A stretch of 63,651 bases of DNA, the filler included, from Trichomonas gallinae (taxonomy: Eukaryota): the NCBI GenBank assembly GCA_008369845.1. It is 7 parts of 7 records of this genome, joined end to end, with 100 filler letters (N's around TTAATTAATTAA, not from the genome) between each part and the next. Parts side by side here need not be neighbours in the genome. Positions count along the whole stretch, not along the records: positions 10,569 to 33,275 come from MRSU01000822.1; 6 more parts are not named here. One strand, written 5' to 3'. Of this stretch, positions 11,511-22,465 are shown in pieces. How positions within the stretch are numbered: position 1 is the first letter of the stretch; every line of letters begins with the position of its first letter. A program made the translations under genes and the position numbers. A model generated the notes under the pieces. It saw only the letters and a program-made list of their open reading frames with translations, did not search any database and was not told the origin of the DNA.

Positions 11511-12173
11511 CTACAATTTGTGGACAGGAATCTTTTGTTTGAGCGTATCACGAATGCGAGATAAATATTTAAGTTTTGATAGAACGTTAGCGGCTTCTTT
11601 TGGATTTGTAAGCTTTCCATCCTTGATTTCAAGATTAGATTTAAGATGTTTGGTCTGTTCTTTCATCATTTGTTGTACTTTTTGCAATAATTTAATCAAA
11701 TCTTCAACTTGTGTTGTAGAATCCATTGCTTCGTGGAATTCGAGAACTTCCATAAGGAAATCTTGTGGTACATCAGTAATAACTTTCTCATTGAAAAGAT
11801 GGAGTAAATATTCTCCGCGAGAAACCGGATTTCTAAGTGTGTGGTAACCTTCATTTATGCAACCAGATGCTTTAATACTGAGTTCTTTCTCTTTCTCGGT
11901 TTTTGAGTAAAATCTGTCTGGATGTACTTTTCTCTGAAGTGTTAAGTATGTTCTATCAAGTTTTTTGAGATCTATTTCGTATTTCTTTGGTTGGTCGAAT
12001 AATTGGAAGAAGTTTTCGCATGAAGGTGGCTGAATTTTGTGGCAAGATTCGCAGAAAAGATGTGTTTTAGCTGCAGAGAGAAGATGGTTGCAATTCCAGC
12101 AGGCTTGGTTGCATGCATGTGCAGCTGCTGCAGCGAATGCTTTACTGATGTAAGAATTCTGTAAACTTAACAT
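11511..12173 (-). CDS. HSC20: Fe-S cluster co-chaperone Hsc20/HscB (Jac1), probably hydrogenosomal
   Basis: CWNC...CESC zinc motif, J-domain with HPD (QRKVHPDRF), INEGYHTLRNPVSRGEYLL, FLMEVLEFHE, KLKYL. First ATG is at 12173 (the track start is GTG), giving the leader MLSLQNSYISKAF, which resembles short hydrogenosomal presequences. Confidence 0.92.
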   Translation of the reverse strand: MLSLQNSYISKAFAAAAAHACNQACWNCNHLLSAAKTHLFCESCHKIQPPSCENFFQLFDQPKKYEIDLKKLDRTYLTLQRKVHPDRFYSKTEKEKELSIKASGCINEGYHTLRNPVSRGEYLLHLFNEKVITDVPQDFLMEVLEFHEAMDSTTQVEDLIKLLQKVQQMMKEQTKHLKSNLEIKDGKLTNPKEAANVLSKLKYLSRIRDTLKQKIPVHKL

Positions 12174-12641
12174 GTAGCCAAAATCTACTGGCACTTTTTA
12201 CGATCATGATTAAATTTGACATTTAATTTTTTACACTAATTTACATGTCAAGTAATTCCTAATCAATTTCTCTCATATATCCAGGGTATATAATATACAA
12301 TCATGTTGATTAACCAAATTGGTGTGTTTAGCTATAACCAAATACAATAGTGAACGCAAGAATTCTTCTGATGAGATTTTGACAAATGTCAGAAAATGAT
12401 TTCCGCTCCCTTGATGTAATTTATCACGAAAATAACAGTTCACAATAATTTAATTATTTGTTTCCCCCGTAAAATATACTTTCTGATGTCTCTTCTGCAA
12501 TCTACATTATTTTGGACTGTGTTAATCAACAATGCTAGACTTTCTCTAATGAATATATTAGTCAGACGAAACTTACCAAAAAATATTTTTGACATGTAAA
12601 TATTTTTTGACAAATATTTTTGTCATTTTTTTTTCAAAAAT

Positions 12642-13298
12642 ATGATTTATCTTTTTTCTGCTTGTGTTTCTGCTGAGTCAAATGAAATATTCAAGAAGTA
12701 TATAAACGATAAGATCGTTATGTTCAATGTGAGCGGTTCTTCCATGCAGATAATTAATGGAATGAAGCAAATGACTAAACCCGAATATGTCATTGATCCA
12801 AATGAAAAGAATTATGACTGGTGTTCCAACTGTGGAAGGACTTATGATGATCATCCGTGGATTGTATTTAGACTAAAGCGTAGGAAATTTAAAATAAATG
12901 GCTATTTCATTCGTGCTGGTTGTTGTACAGAAGGATGCTGCAGTGAAGACTATAACTATCATGTAGATTGCTGCTTATATAGCTGGCTATTCCAGATATC
13001 GGATGATGGAGTCACATGGACAACAATACACAAAATCGAACAAAGTGATCCGATGATGAGATGCAATGAGAAGACATATAAACTTGATAAAACGTATGTA
13101 ACAAGATATATAAGGATATATCAGCATGAGAATGCTGCAGGTTTCCCTCCAGTTCTTGCTTTAAACAAATTTGAGCTTTTTGGTGACGCAATTAAAGAAC
13201 CAGGTGCTGAAGATGAAGATCCAATAGAATTCTATGACGATGATGAGGATGTTAGCATTATTGGACACATATCTAGATCTGGAAAAATCCAAAATTAG
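12642..13298 (+). CDS. Cys-rich F5/8 type C-like domain protein, paralogue of 10760
   Basis: 218 aa. Shares QMTKPEY, YDWCSNCG, DHPWI, AGCC, DCCLYSW, MRCNEKTYK and DVSIIGHIS with 10760. Initiator-like TGTCATTTTT precedes the ATG. Confidence 0.78.
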   Translation: MIYLFSACVSAESNEIFKKYINDKIVMFNVSGSSMQIINGMKQMTKPEYVIDPNEKNYDWCSNCGRTYDDHPWIVFRLKRRKFKINGYFIRAGCCTEGCCSEDYNYHVDCCLYSWLFQISDDGVTWTTIHKIEQSDPMMRCNEKTYKLDKTYVTRYIRIYQHENAAGFPPVLALNKFELFGDAIKEPGAEDEDPIEFYDDDEDVSIIGHISRSGKIQN

Positions 13299-13713
13299 TC
13301 AAAACAAAGCAGAATTCTTGAAATAATACTTTATATCAATCATTTTGTTGTTTGTATACTTTATAAACTATTTGTTAATACATTTTTTTCAAACACAAAT
13401 ATATTCTTTAATCTTTTCTGATTTTTGTCCCAAAAATTACCAAATACTCCATATATTATATCATATGATGTTTATGAGTGCAGACACAAGGTCTTCCCAG
13501 CTGAATCCTTCCAAATTAAGACAGTAGATGTAGTAGAGATATAATATTCATAGAAAATCTCAAAGAGATTCATAGAGTTTGCGCAGAGACACTATTCTAT
13601 ACTAATGAAATATCAAACAAAGTTATGACATGTAAAATGTCAAAAATCAGATTTATATTTTCATCACTCAACAATTTTGAACTGGAGATACCATATATTT
13701 CATTATTGCCCTA

Positions 13714-13783
13714 GAACAAGGATTTCGCAAAGTAACCCACCTGTTTTGCGATATCCCAGGAGGTAAAGTGGGATACTTGTGTC
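13714..13783. ncRNA. Candidate structured non-coding RNA or DNA element (three-way junction), unidentified
   Basis: Closing stem ACAAG/CTTGT encloses two abutting perfect 7-bp hairpins, TCGCAAA/TTTGCGA and TATCCCA/TGGGATA. Intergenic, locally GC-richer, no ORF. Confidence 0.3.
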
Positions 13784-14321
13784 AAAAAAAAAAACGTTTT
13801 TAAACAAATTTCTTTGTTTCACCTTACCTTCTGTTTCCTATTTTTCGAAATCTTTGCCTAGACTTAGCCAATTCCATACATTTATAAATATTCACTTGAA
13901 GTAAAAAAGTGTAAGATTTTGACGATTATTTTTGATTCAATTTTCTCGGTATGCAAATTATTCAATTATTTAACCTTTTTTGTTTTGTAATTAATATGAA
14001 ATTACATGATTTTGTTGATGCCAAAATTGTAAATTGTGAAGGAATGCACAAAAAGTCAAAAATTAAAGCGAAATTTGCTGTGAAATGGACTCATAATCAA
14101 TAGTAGATATGAAATCAACAAAAATCCCAATGTCATCCAAATGTGAAAATTTCTGAACTGTGAATTTACCGAAATCATAATGTACTGTGATTTACAAAAA
14201 CAAAAAGAAACCAAAAAACAAAAAAATCAAGAAATTTTCAAAAATTACCCCTAACAATAGTAATAACTATGAGCATAAAGTATAACTAGTGAAATGATTG
14301 TGAAATTGCGTCATAAATTCA

Positions 14322-17300
14322 ATGGATGACTACAGCTATGAATTATTCAATTTCTCTGAGCTGGTCATTCGAATTTTATCCATTTCACAGACATCCGATG
14401 AGGATGTCAGTGAAATGCCTGATCAATTTCGGTTTATTTTTGAAGATTTTACGATAAGAAATATTCAACAAGATGAAATCTTCAAATTACAACGAGAATT
14501 AGATAATGGGGTGCTGCTATACGATATAATGCACATTAGAGATATCAAACTTTCGTTTTATCCCGAAATTTTACAATTTTTATCAAATTCCGAATTTTTT
14601 AAAGCGAATTTCCCCAAACATTACACAATTTTCGTATTCTACAACTTTTTGTCATGGATTTCCACGTATGATATCTGTCATGATGCAGAATTTCTTCCAG
14701 AATTATTGAAATCTTTGCAAATCATTTACAGCTACAAGCAAGCAATGCCATTAGTAGGGAATATAGCTGCTAGTGCTTATTTATACTGTTACGAACGCTT
14801 AATTCGCTTTCCTCAAAATATTTTTTCGGATGAAATTATTTCTTTAGTTGAAGAGTATTTTTTGTATTTGGAATTTCTTCCTCCACATGCATATCACATA
14901 TTGGCACTCATTGCAGATCAATTATTCAAAGCTTCTTATTCAATGTCTGGTTTACCAGCACAATTTCTAGATTTCTTCACAAGATTAGCTAAGATCGCGC
15001 GTAATAGGATTCCTTCCGATGTCTATGAGACATTTATACAGAAAAATGTTCTAGCTTTGTCTAATTTAGATATTTTTTGTTTGAAGTATTTCAAAGTCTC
15101 AGTCAAATACATACCAAGCAATCTTACGAAAATTCTATTTGAACCGATATGTTCACAAATCATAAAATCGGTAGAAAAAAATATCAAAATGTCATTGCAG
15201 AAAAATAAACCAAAATTAATTAAAGTTCTAAAATTACCAGAAATATCTAATAGCAAAATCATTTATAAGCCGAGAAATTCATTACTAATCGATGATCATC
15301 GATTAACAGAAGAAATTATTCCAAAATTAAATCAAAACTGCAAAAACTTCCCAATAATTGATAATGATTTCCAAAATAAAATAAATTGTATAGTTTCTGC
15401 AGTGAAATTCGATCAAAATATTTCAGAATCATTAATTAAAATCTATTTCAACATTTTAATATCAGAGAAGAAAGAAAAATCATTGCTACAGCGATTAGTG
15501 CTATTCTATATTGTAGATAGACTTTCTGACAAACAAAAATTATCATTTAGTTCAAATATTGTATTTAATCAAGAAGTATTCTCTCCATATATTACAGTTT
15601 TTGATACAGACCATGATGATTTCGTTTTCATGAACGTTTTAAGATATCATGCAATACGAATAATTTCAAAATGTTGCTCAGAAGAAATTGGTGCAACAAT
15701 GGTTTCTTTTGTACAATATCCACATCTTTACACAGAAATTTTGCTTAGATTTTTATATACAGATTTAAATTATGAAACTCAATTTATTTCATCGATTTCA
15801 CTTGGATTCATGTTCTCTTTCATTCACTACAGCGATTATTCATCAATAAAGCAGCAATTGTTAACAGCTGTTAAATATTCACGTTCAGCAACATTAATTT
15901 TATTGGAAAAAATTTCGAATGATTTTACAACAGCAGAAAAGTTCTTCAACAACGGTGAATTCGCAGAAAGATTCTACTCCCTGTTTTTCGAAGATGGACT
16001 GCATTCAAAAGCATTAAATATGTTGAAATCTTACCTATCGAAAGCAAAATATTTCACGCAAAAATTTATTCATGCTACGAAAAACTTTTTGACAAATTTA
16101 TTCCAATCAACTGGTCAATTCAACTGGCAAACAATAGCAAGAGATGTTCTGCATCTATTGAATGAAACTATGAAGAGATGTCATAAAATAGAGAATTCAA
16201 TAAGATTTTTGGCAGATCAGTTATGTATGGACTTGTCCTATTTGACAGATGGCTCAAATTTCGCTGTTGAAGTGTTGATGGAAATAGTTAGTTTTCTTGC
16301 AATAACAACACATGGAGCAACAACTATAAGCATGAAAAATTTAGTCGCGATTGAAGCATGTATACAGAGAATAACGAAACAAAATGTGTCAGATGAAATC
16401 ATTGACAAATTATTGGATATTTTATCTGGAAATTTATACACGCAAGGCCATAAATATTTCAAAATTGCACAACCAAATATTTTAACTTTATTAGTAAGAA
16501 TATTTCCAAGTGGAAAGAGACAACTCAATATGCTGAAATTTTTAATTGATTTATTCAAAACGAAACCTATAAATATCTGGAAATCGCATCAAAGTGGTTT
16601 TGATATGACATTATTAGATCTACTCGATGTATACAGAATAGAAAACAACATCGAATCAGAGAACATCGACATGCTTTTAAATCTATTAAATCTAATAACA
16701 TCATCAATAACTTCATCGGTTGTTGTTCAAAGATATTTTGCATTATTGTCATCAATCGATGGCGAACATCTTCCATATTATCACAATAACATTGTTTTAG
16801 CAATCAAAAACTGCTTTAATACATTAGAGCACAAACCAGACAGTTCATTTTTATTAGATGCAAATTCCTATATAATAGCAAACAACTTACCAGACAACAG
16901 CTTTAACTCAGAATTTTCTTTCACTTTTTGGTTGTATTATATCAACCAAAAAACAAACGCAAAGCAAATAATTTTATCAATCAAAGATGCAGAAAACAAA
17001 GAATTTAGAGTAACATTCCAATCATCGTCGCTGAATTTTGTGTTTAGAAATAATGATAAATCATTGATCAAAAAAGTATCAATCCACGTTAATTTACATG
17101 AATATTCATGGAATGTTTTGACATTTATTTACTCGGATTCAAAAATAGCTGTTTATTGTAATAGAGATTTCAATTCAAATACTATAGATTTCTGCAACAT
17201 TGTTTATAAATCTAACAATTTGACAGCAAAAATCAACCAACAATCGCAAAAATACAAGAATTTGCAATTCTATGGAATCAAAATGTCAAATTTTACTTTA

Positions 17301-20300
17301 TTTAACACAAAAATTGACTTTAACACACATATCAAGCTTTGCTATCATACTCCACATACCACAATCAAAGGCAATGATGTGATTTTCTCAATGGCACCAC
17401 ATATGATATCAGGCAGATTCAAGCCATCGAAATATTCATCGAAAAATGTCAAGCTTTCATATTCGCATATTAGAAGAATCAAGAGAGAACCAACATTTCC
17501 TTCTTTATTCATTACAGTCTGCAATGTTGAAAATGTCATTCCTTTGTTCGCTCAGTTGGATTTAAAAGATTTGTCAGGCAAAAATTCGGATGATTTATCG
17601 ATAATTACTGTTAAAATATTAAAAAGCATGCTAGGATACAGTAAATTTGCTCAGATTTCTTTCTGCGATATCAATGGATTCTACGCGATTTCTCATTTAT
17701 TGATATCAGCTGATTCAGATTTTATTACTTTCGAACTATACAAGAATTTTTATGAACTTTCACTACAAATCAAACATAAAATGTTGTTGCATCAATTATA
17801 TGAAACAATTTTGTTGAATTTCGATATATGGATCAGAGCGAATAACGAAGACCACAAACAGATTTTGCTTCATTATTTGAATAACGTTTTCAAGAACAGT
17901 TATCCGCGTGCCATTATCTCGTATTCAGCATGGAGCGCGATATTAAGATGTTATTATTGGTACAACGATGTTGAGTCATTATTTATTGTCAAGAAAAGAT
18001 TCTTTTCAAATGACTCGAAAATATTAAATGGATACAGAAAGATAATTTTCGACATAATGACAACATATATTGATAAAGATTTCAAAGAACACGAATATCA
18101 GCTTTTCATGAAGAACTTATTGACTTCGCAAGATGACGATCAAACTTTTGATTTATTAGGATATGTTGTCAAAACACTAATATCACCAACGACTCCTAAT
18201 ATTTACAAAGACATCGTTTTCAAGAATATCGAAGGAATTCTTCATTTAATCTCAAGAAACAAGCCTGAATTGACAGGAAATGTAATACAAACGATTACTT
18301 ATATATTTGAGACAAATGATGATAGAATGAAAGGATTTCATTTATTTGTTTTCCAAATTTTATTCAGAATGTTACCAATTGTTTGTACTGATTTCACTTT
18401 CAAAGGAATCAGTGGACTCATTGATGCAGGAAACATGCAATTAATTCCAATTTACATTTATATTGCAATAAATATTGGAGAAGATTATGTCAAAGAAGTT
18501 TTCCAAAATTTGCCAAGAAACACAGAATATTACTTCAACAACTTAAGCTTGATTTATCCAATATTGGCGGCATTTAAATCATCTCAGCAAACAAATATAG
18601 TCATTTTCGATTTCTTGATAACAATTTTCCAAAAATATTGGACAGAAATTTATGTTTTAATACAATTATTAGGCAATGAATTGAATATGACAGAATATGC
18701 TCAAACATTAGAAAACATTTTCTTGCAAAATTTGGTTTTATTCATGCTCAAGAATCCGAAGAATCAGCAGAATACTCTGTCATTCGCAAAATTATTGTTC
18801 AACTACATTTTCTTTAGGCCAATTTTAGTTGACAATAAATTCCAAAATCTCGCTTTGAACAATTTATATATAAACTCAGAGTTCTGCGAAGAAAACACGA
18901 AAATAGATGAAAAGCCAAATTTATCAATTGTAACAAATCCATCTAGAATCCAATTGATGTTCAAAAAAGTTTACTACAATCAACACTTTTGTATGAGATT
19001 TGACGAAAATAACAATAATGAATGGGCGGATTCATTATTATCTATTGGGGCTATTTCTGTCTTTTCTCAGAACTTCGAGTTCATCAAGAAAACAGAACAT
19101 CAAAAATATTTGTTTTTGTTATTAGGTTATTTAGTTGACATTGATTCTAATTCTGTTGCTTCTTTCTTTGAAAAATTCAGTGATTTTAATGATGTTAATG
19201 GTTTATCTTTTATCATTTCAAGATTTAACAGAATCAAAGAGAAAGTTCCTGAAGTTATTCCAGCTTTGAAGATAGAAAAAGATCAAATAGAAATGAATGC
19301 TTTTGAATTTGTCGAAAACATTGCAAAAGAGCCAACATTTTTCGAGAAGGAATGTTTTAGAATTATCGAAGATTTTACGTATGCTATAAACGAGTCAAAC
19401 TCTTTAATGACAAATATAAAGCTCCCAATAACAGAACTAAACATTATATTAGATGATAAGCGAAAAGAAAGACTACAGAAGTCAGAAGAATCGTGGATGT
19501 CAATGTGGAGATCAATGACTCAAGAAAGAGCTCCATGGAATTCTTCTTTGCCAGCTGAATCAAGGAATCTTGCTAAATACAAACGTGACAGAACTGTTTG
19601 CAATGATTTCGTGCCAATCAAAATGCGAAGAAACTACAATTTCGATGACCACAAAATGGCATCTTATCTTAGAGATACAGGAAACATCGACAAAGCACAA
19701 GAAAAGCTCAAAAACGAACAGGAAGAATGTCTAAAGTTAGAACAGTCAAGAAGTGTTATTTTCTTGCCGCCAACTAAAATAAAAGATCGTCCGAGTGCTG
19801 ATTTAAGTAATGAAGAAGCCGATTCATTCAAAAACACAATAATTATTCCTTGTGAATTAGTCACAATCAAATGTAAGAGAAAAGCGCATCTCGCTGTAAA
19901 TTCACGACAAATAACAATCACGAAATTCATTAAACACACAACATTGAATGAAAAGAGAATTGTGATTGACAAACGTGATATAAAGAACTTCTTAATGAGA
20001 TCCTTCAAGCACAGGCCTTATTCAGGATTCGAGATTTTCACTGAAACATGCAGAAACTATTTAATTAGATTCGAACAACCTTCGAGAAGTTTATATTATC
20101 AAATACTTAAAACTCTAAAAATTCAGCCAACGCAAAATAGCTTAATTCAAACTCTTCCATTCATGGCTTATTTCTCCTCGCAGAATTTCACGAAACAATG
20201 GGTAAATGGAGAAATTTCTAATTTCGACTATTTGATGATTTTAAACGAATTAAGTGGAAGAACTTTCAATTCTGCATCAATGTATCCTATCTTCCCTTGG

Positions 20301-21959
20301 ATCATCAAAGAATTCGATACCCAAAAACTTGATTTATCGAGTCCAGCAATTTACAGAGATCTTTCGTTACCAGTTGGTTGTTTTAACTTACAAAGGTTAA
20401 GAGAATGTGAAGAGAAAATGGCAGAACTTATTGATTTTGGAATGAGTCCACATCTATACAGCGCAGGCTACAGTAATCCTTTGTCTGTGTATTTGTGGTT
20501 GTTACGAGTCGAGCCATTCACTTCAAGACACATCAAGATGCAAAGCGGAAAATTTGATGCATCAGCGAGATTGTTCTTTTCCATCAAAGACGCATTCAGG
20601 CTCTGCAACATACAGATGGGTGACTATAGAGAATTGATTCCTGAATTTTTCTTTGACATCGATTTTCTGTTAAACAAGAATGGGTTCGATCTTGGTGGTG
20701 GTGTTAATGACGTAATACTTCCATCTTGGGCTCATGATGTCATCGAGTTCGTTTTCATGAACAGAAAAGCTCTGGAAAGTGATTTCGTTTCATCTCATTT
20801 GAACGAATGGATTGATCTGATTTTTGGTGTAAATCAACGTGGAAAAGGAGCTGAACAAGCCAAGAATATCTTCAAGAGAGAACTCTATGATGATATTTGG
20901 GATGATCCTGAAATTAAAGATGATGAAGCAAGAATTTTGGACATAGAAACACAGCTGACGCAAGTCGGACAGATTCCACCACAATTATTCAAAGAGCCAC
21001 ATCCAAAACGATTAATTTCAGTCAAGAACAAATTCGTTAAGTCATTGTTTATATCTACACACGTTTCAAAAGTTTTGGATGCTTGGATTAGCATTGCAAA
21101 TGATTCGTTTAAATTCAAACTCTACACAGAATCAAACAATTACATGTTTGAAATCGATCTTGACATTTTAATGCATAATGATTATTCAGAGAATCCTTAC
21201 GAAGCAGCAACAAAATCACAAGAAGCACCACAAAAGAACATTGTCGCAAGGAACAAAGGTGAAATGCTATTCTTTATTCCCGATGAAGAAAAGGTTGTAA
21301 AATATTCAGAGACAACAGGAAAAAAAATTTTAATCGGAACTGTCCACACTGACGTTTCTTCGGCAGACACAGACAATGAATGGGTTGTTCTCGCTGGAAC
21401 TGATGCTGCTTTATTAATTATAAGAAACTCAAAAGGCTCACTTGTTAGAACATATAGAGACACTATTTCAAAAGTCTGCGTGTCAGCTTCATTCGACTTG
21501 GCTGTTGCTGCTTCAAGGGACTCATCAGTTCATTTTCTTTCTTTAAATCGAGCAGAATTGACAAAAGTTGTTGAGCTCCCAAGAGACAGCACTGTCACAT
21601 CAATGGCTATTGGTCCTTCAATGGGCGTAGTTGTCTGTTTATACACACAAGTCGTTGATGGAATTTTCAAGAACTTTTCAAGAGTTTATACAGTCAATGG
21701 TGACTTAGCGAGAGAGAAATCTCTAGATTTCGATTCAAGTGCTCTCTGTGTTTTCGCACCAGTTCGGACTGGAATTGACACATTCTTCATTGGTTCGACA
21801 GACGGAAGAGTTGTTTTCGGTGAGTGTTTGTCGATGGATTCTCTCCAAGAAATCGGAAAGTTTGACTCAAAGATTGTCAACATCAGCTACAACAAGAATG
21901 AAAACATTGTTGTCATTGTCACAGAAAACGGAAATTTGTTTATTATACCATATAATTAA
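14322..21959 (+). CDS. Beige/BEACH domain protein (ConA-like region, PH-BEACH, WD40-like C-terminus)
   Basis: WVNGEISNFDYLMILNELSGRTFN, YPIFPWII, YRDLSLPVG, ELIPEFF, LPSWA, NRKALES..VSSHLNEWIDLIFG and GQIPPQLFKEPHP are BEACH hallmarks. A beta-rich C-terminus follows. Confidence 0.93.
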   Translation: MDDYSYELFNFSELVIRILSISQTSDEDVSEMPDQFRFIFEDFTIRNIQQDEIFKLQRELDNGVLLYDIMHIRDIKLSFYPEILQFLSNSEFFKANFPKHYTIFVFYNFLSWISTYDICHDAEFLPELLKSLQIIYSYKQAMPLVGNIAASAYLYCYERLIRFPQNIFSDEIISLVEEYFLYLEFLPPHAYHILALIADQLFKASYSMSGLPAQFLDFFTRLAKIARNRIPSDVYETFIQKNVLALSNLDIFCLKYFKVSVKYIPSNLTKILFEPICSQIIKSVEKNIKMSLQKNKPKLIKVLKLPEISNSKIIYKPRNSLLIDDHRLTEEIIPKLNQNCKNFPIIDNDFQNKINCIVSAVKFDQNISESLIKIYFNILISEKKEKSLLQRLVLFYIVDRLSDKQKLSFSSNIVFNQEVFSPYITVFDTDHDDFVFMNVLRYHAIRIISKCCSEEIGATMVSFVQYPHLYTEILLRFLYTDLNYETQFISSISLGFMFSFIHYSDYSSIKQQLLTAVKYSRSATLILLEKISNDFTTAEKFFNNGEFAERFYSLFFEDGLHSKALNMLKSYLSKAKYFTQKFIHATKNFLTNLFQSTGQFNWQTIARDVLHLLNETMKRCHKIENSIRFLADQLCMDLSYLTDGSNFAVEVLMEIVSFLAITTHGATTISMKNLVAIEACIQRITKQNVSDEIIDKLLDILSGNLYTQGHKYFKIAQPNILTLLVRIFPSGKRQLNMLKFLIDLFKTKPINIWKSHQSGFDMTLLDLLDVYRIENNIESENIDMLLNLLNLITSSITSSVVVQRYFALLSSIDGEHLPYYHNNIVLAIKNCFNTLEHKPDSSFLLDANSYIIANNLPDNSFNSEFSFTFWLYYINQKTNAKQIILSIKDAENKEFRVTFQSSSLNFVFRNNDKSLIKKVSIHVNLHEYSWNVLTFIYSDSKIAVYCNRDFNSNTIDFCNIVYKSNNLTAKINQQSQKYKNLQFYGIKMSNFTLFNTKIDFNTHIKLCYHTPHTTIKGNDVIFSMAPHMISGRFKPSKYSSKNVKLSYSHIRRIKREPTFPSLFITVCNVENVIPLFAQLDLKDLSGKNSDDLSIITVKILKSMLGYSKFAQISFCDINGFYAISHLLISADSDFITFELYKNFYELSLQIKHKMLLHQLYETILLNFDIWIRANNEDHKQILLHYLNNVFKNSYPRAIISYSAWSAILRCYYWYNDVESLFIVKKRFFSNDSKILNGYRKIIFDIMTTYIDKDFKEHEYQLFMKNLLTSQDDDQTFDLLGYVVKTLISPTTPNIYKDIVFKNIEGILHLISRNKPELTGNVIQTITYIFETNDDRMKGFHLFVFQILFRMLPIVCTDFTFKGISGLIDAGNMQLIPIYIYIAINIGEDYVKEVFQNLPRNTEYYFNNLSLIYPILAAFKSSQQTNIVIFDFLITIFQKYWTEIYVLIQLLGNELNMTEYAQTLENIFLQNLVLFMLKNPKNQQNTLSFAKLLFNYIFFRPILVDNKFQNLALNNLYINSEFCEENTKIDEKPNLSIVTNPSRIQLMFKKVYYNQHFCMRFDENNNNEWADSLLSIGAISVFSQNFEFIKKTEHQKYLFLLLGYLVDIDSNSVASFFEKFSDFNDVNGLSFIISRFNRIKEKVPEVIPALKIEKDQIEMNAFEFVENIAKEPTFFEKECFRIIEDFTYAINESNSLMTNIKLPITELNIILDDKRKERLQKSEESWMSMWRSMTQERAPWNSSLPAESRNLAKYKRDRTVCNDFVPIKMRRNYNFDDHKMASYLRDTGNIDKAQEKLKNEQEECLKLEQSRSVIFLPPTKIKDRPSADLSNEEADSFKNTIIIPCELVTIKCKRKAHLAVNSRQITITKFIKHTTLNEKRIVIDKRDIKNFLMRSFKHRPYSGFEIFTETCRNYLIRFEQPSRSLYYQILKTLKIQPTQNSLIQTLPFMAYFSSQNFTKQWVNGEISNFDYLMILNELSGRTFNSASMYPIFPWIIKEFDTQKLDLSSPAIYRDLSLPVGCFNLQRLRECEEKMAELIDFGMSPHLYSAGYSNPLSVYLWLLRVEPFTSRHIKMQSGKFDASARLFFSIKDAFRLCNIQMGDYRELIPEFFFDIDFLLNKNGFDLGGGVNDVILPSWAHDVIEFVFMNRKALESDFVSSHLNEWIDLIFGVNQRGKGAEQAKNIFKRELYDDIWDDPEIKDDEARILDIETQLTQVGQIPPQLFKEPHPKRLISVKNKFVKSLFISTHVSKVLDAWISIANDSFKFKLYTESNNYMFEIDLDILMHNDYSENPYEAATKSQEAPQKNIVARNKGEMLFFIPDEEKVVKYSETTGKKILIGTVHTDVSSADTDNEWVVLAGTDAALLIIRNSKGSLVRTYRDTISKVCVSASFDLAVAASRDSSVHFLSLNRAELTKVVELPRDSTVTSMAIGPSMGVVVCLYTQVVDGIFKNFSRVYTVNGDLAREKSLDFDSSALCVFAPVRTGIDTFFIGSTDGRVVFGECLSMDSLQEIGKFDSKIVNISYNKNENIVVIVTENGNLFIIPYN

Positions 21960-22465
21960 AATTTGTTTATTATAGTTTTTTATGAAGTAGCAATAATTTT
22001 TCATAAGAACTAGTCTCCAATCATGCATTTGCTATAGTTATTTGCATGTGGTAGATTCTAATATTTTTAAATGCAGACATGGATAACTTTGTCATTAATA
22101 AAAAGAACTTTTATTTTCAAAGAAATTTTTTGGCGAAAATTATCGAAGAATTGTAAGAATAATTAAGTAAATGACTATTATATAATATATAACAAAAAAC
22201 ACTCCATGAAAAGTGAATATAAATAAGACAAATATTATGCATTTTGTAAAAAATTTTATTTTGAAATATTTTCCATATAAAAGCAGAAATAAATGATATA
22301 TTCGAATATATCTAAATGAGCACATATAGAAAACGATAATTGAAATCCAATCCTTAAATTTTGGAGATAACTGTGAGATTTTGAAGCGAGTTATCTCTAT
22401 TATCTAGACATATAGAGATCGAAAATGCATAAATAAGCTGACTGTCAAATTTACAAAATATATGA

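Noticed and set aside
12368..12396. CTGATGA...TGACAAATGTCA-GAAA, resembling a hammerhead ribozyme core
   Set aside because: Stem II is not closed next to the core, and no stems I and III flank it.
13684..13833. U1-like words (GGAGATACCAT, CCTTACCT) near the structured element
   Set aside because: They are in the wrong order, with no U1-70K loop or Sm site. Short chance matches.
22140..22325. 61-aa hydrophobic minus-strand ORF
   Set aside because: Composition reflects AT-rich DNA (F/I/Y/L/K), with no motif or supporting context.
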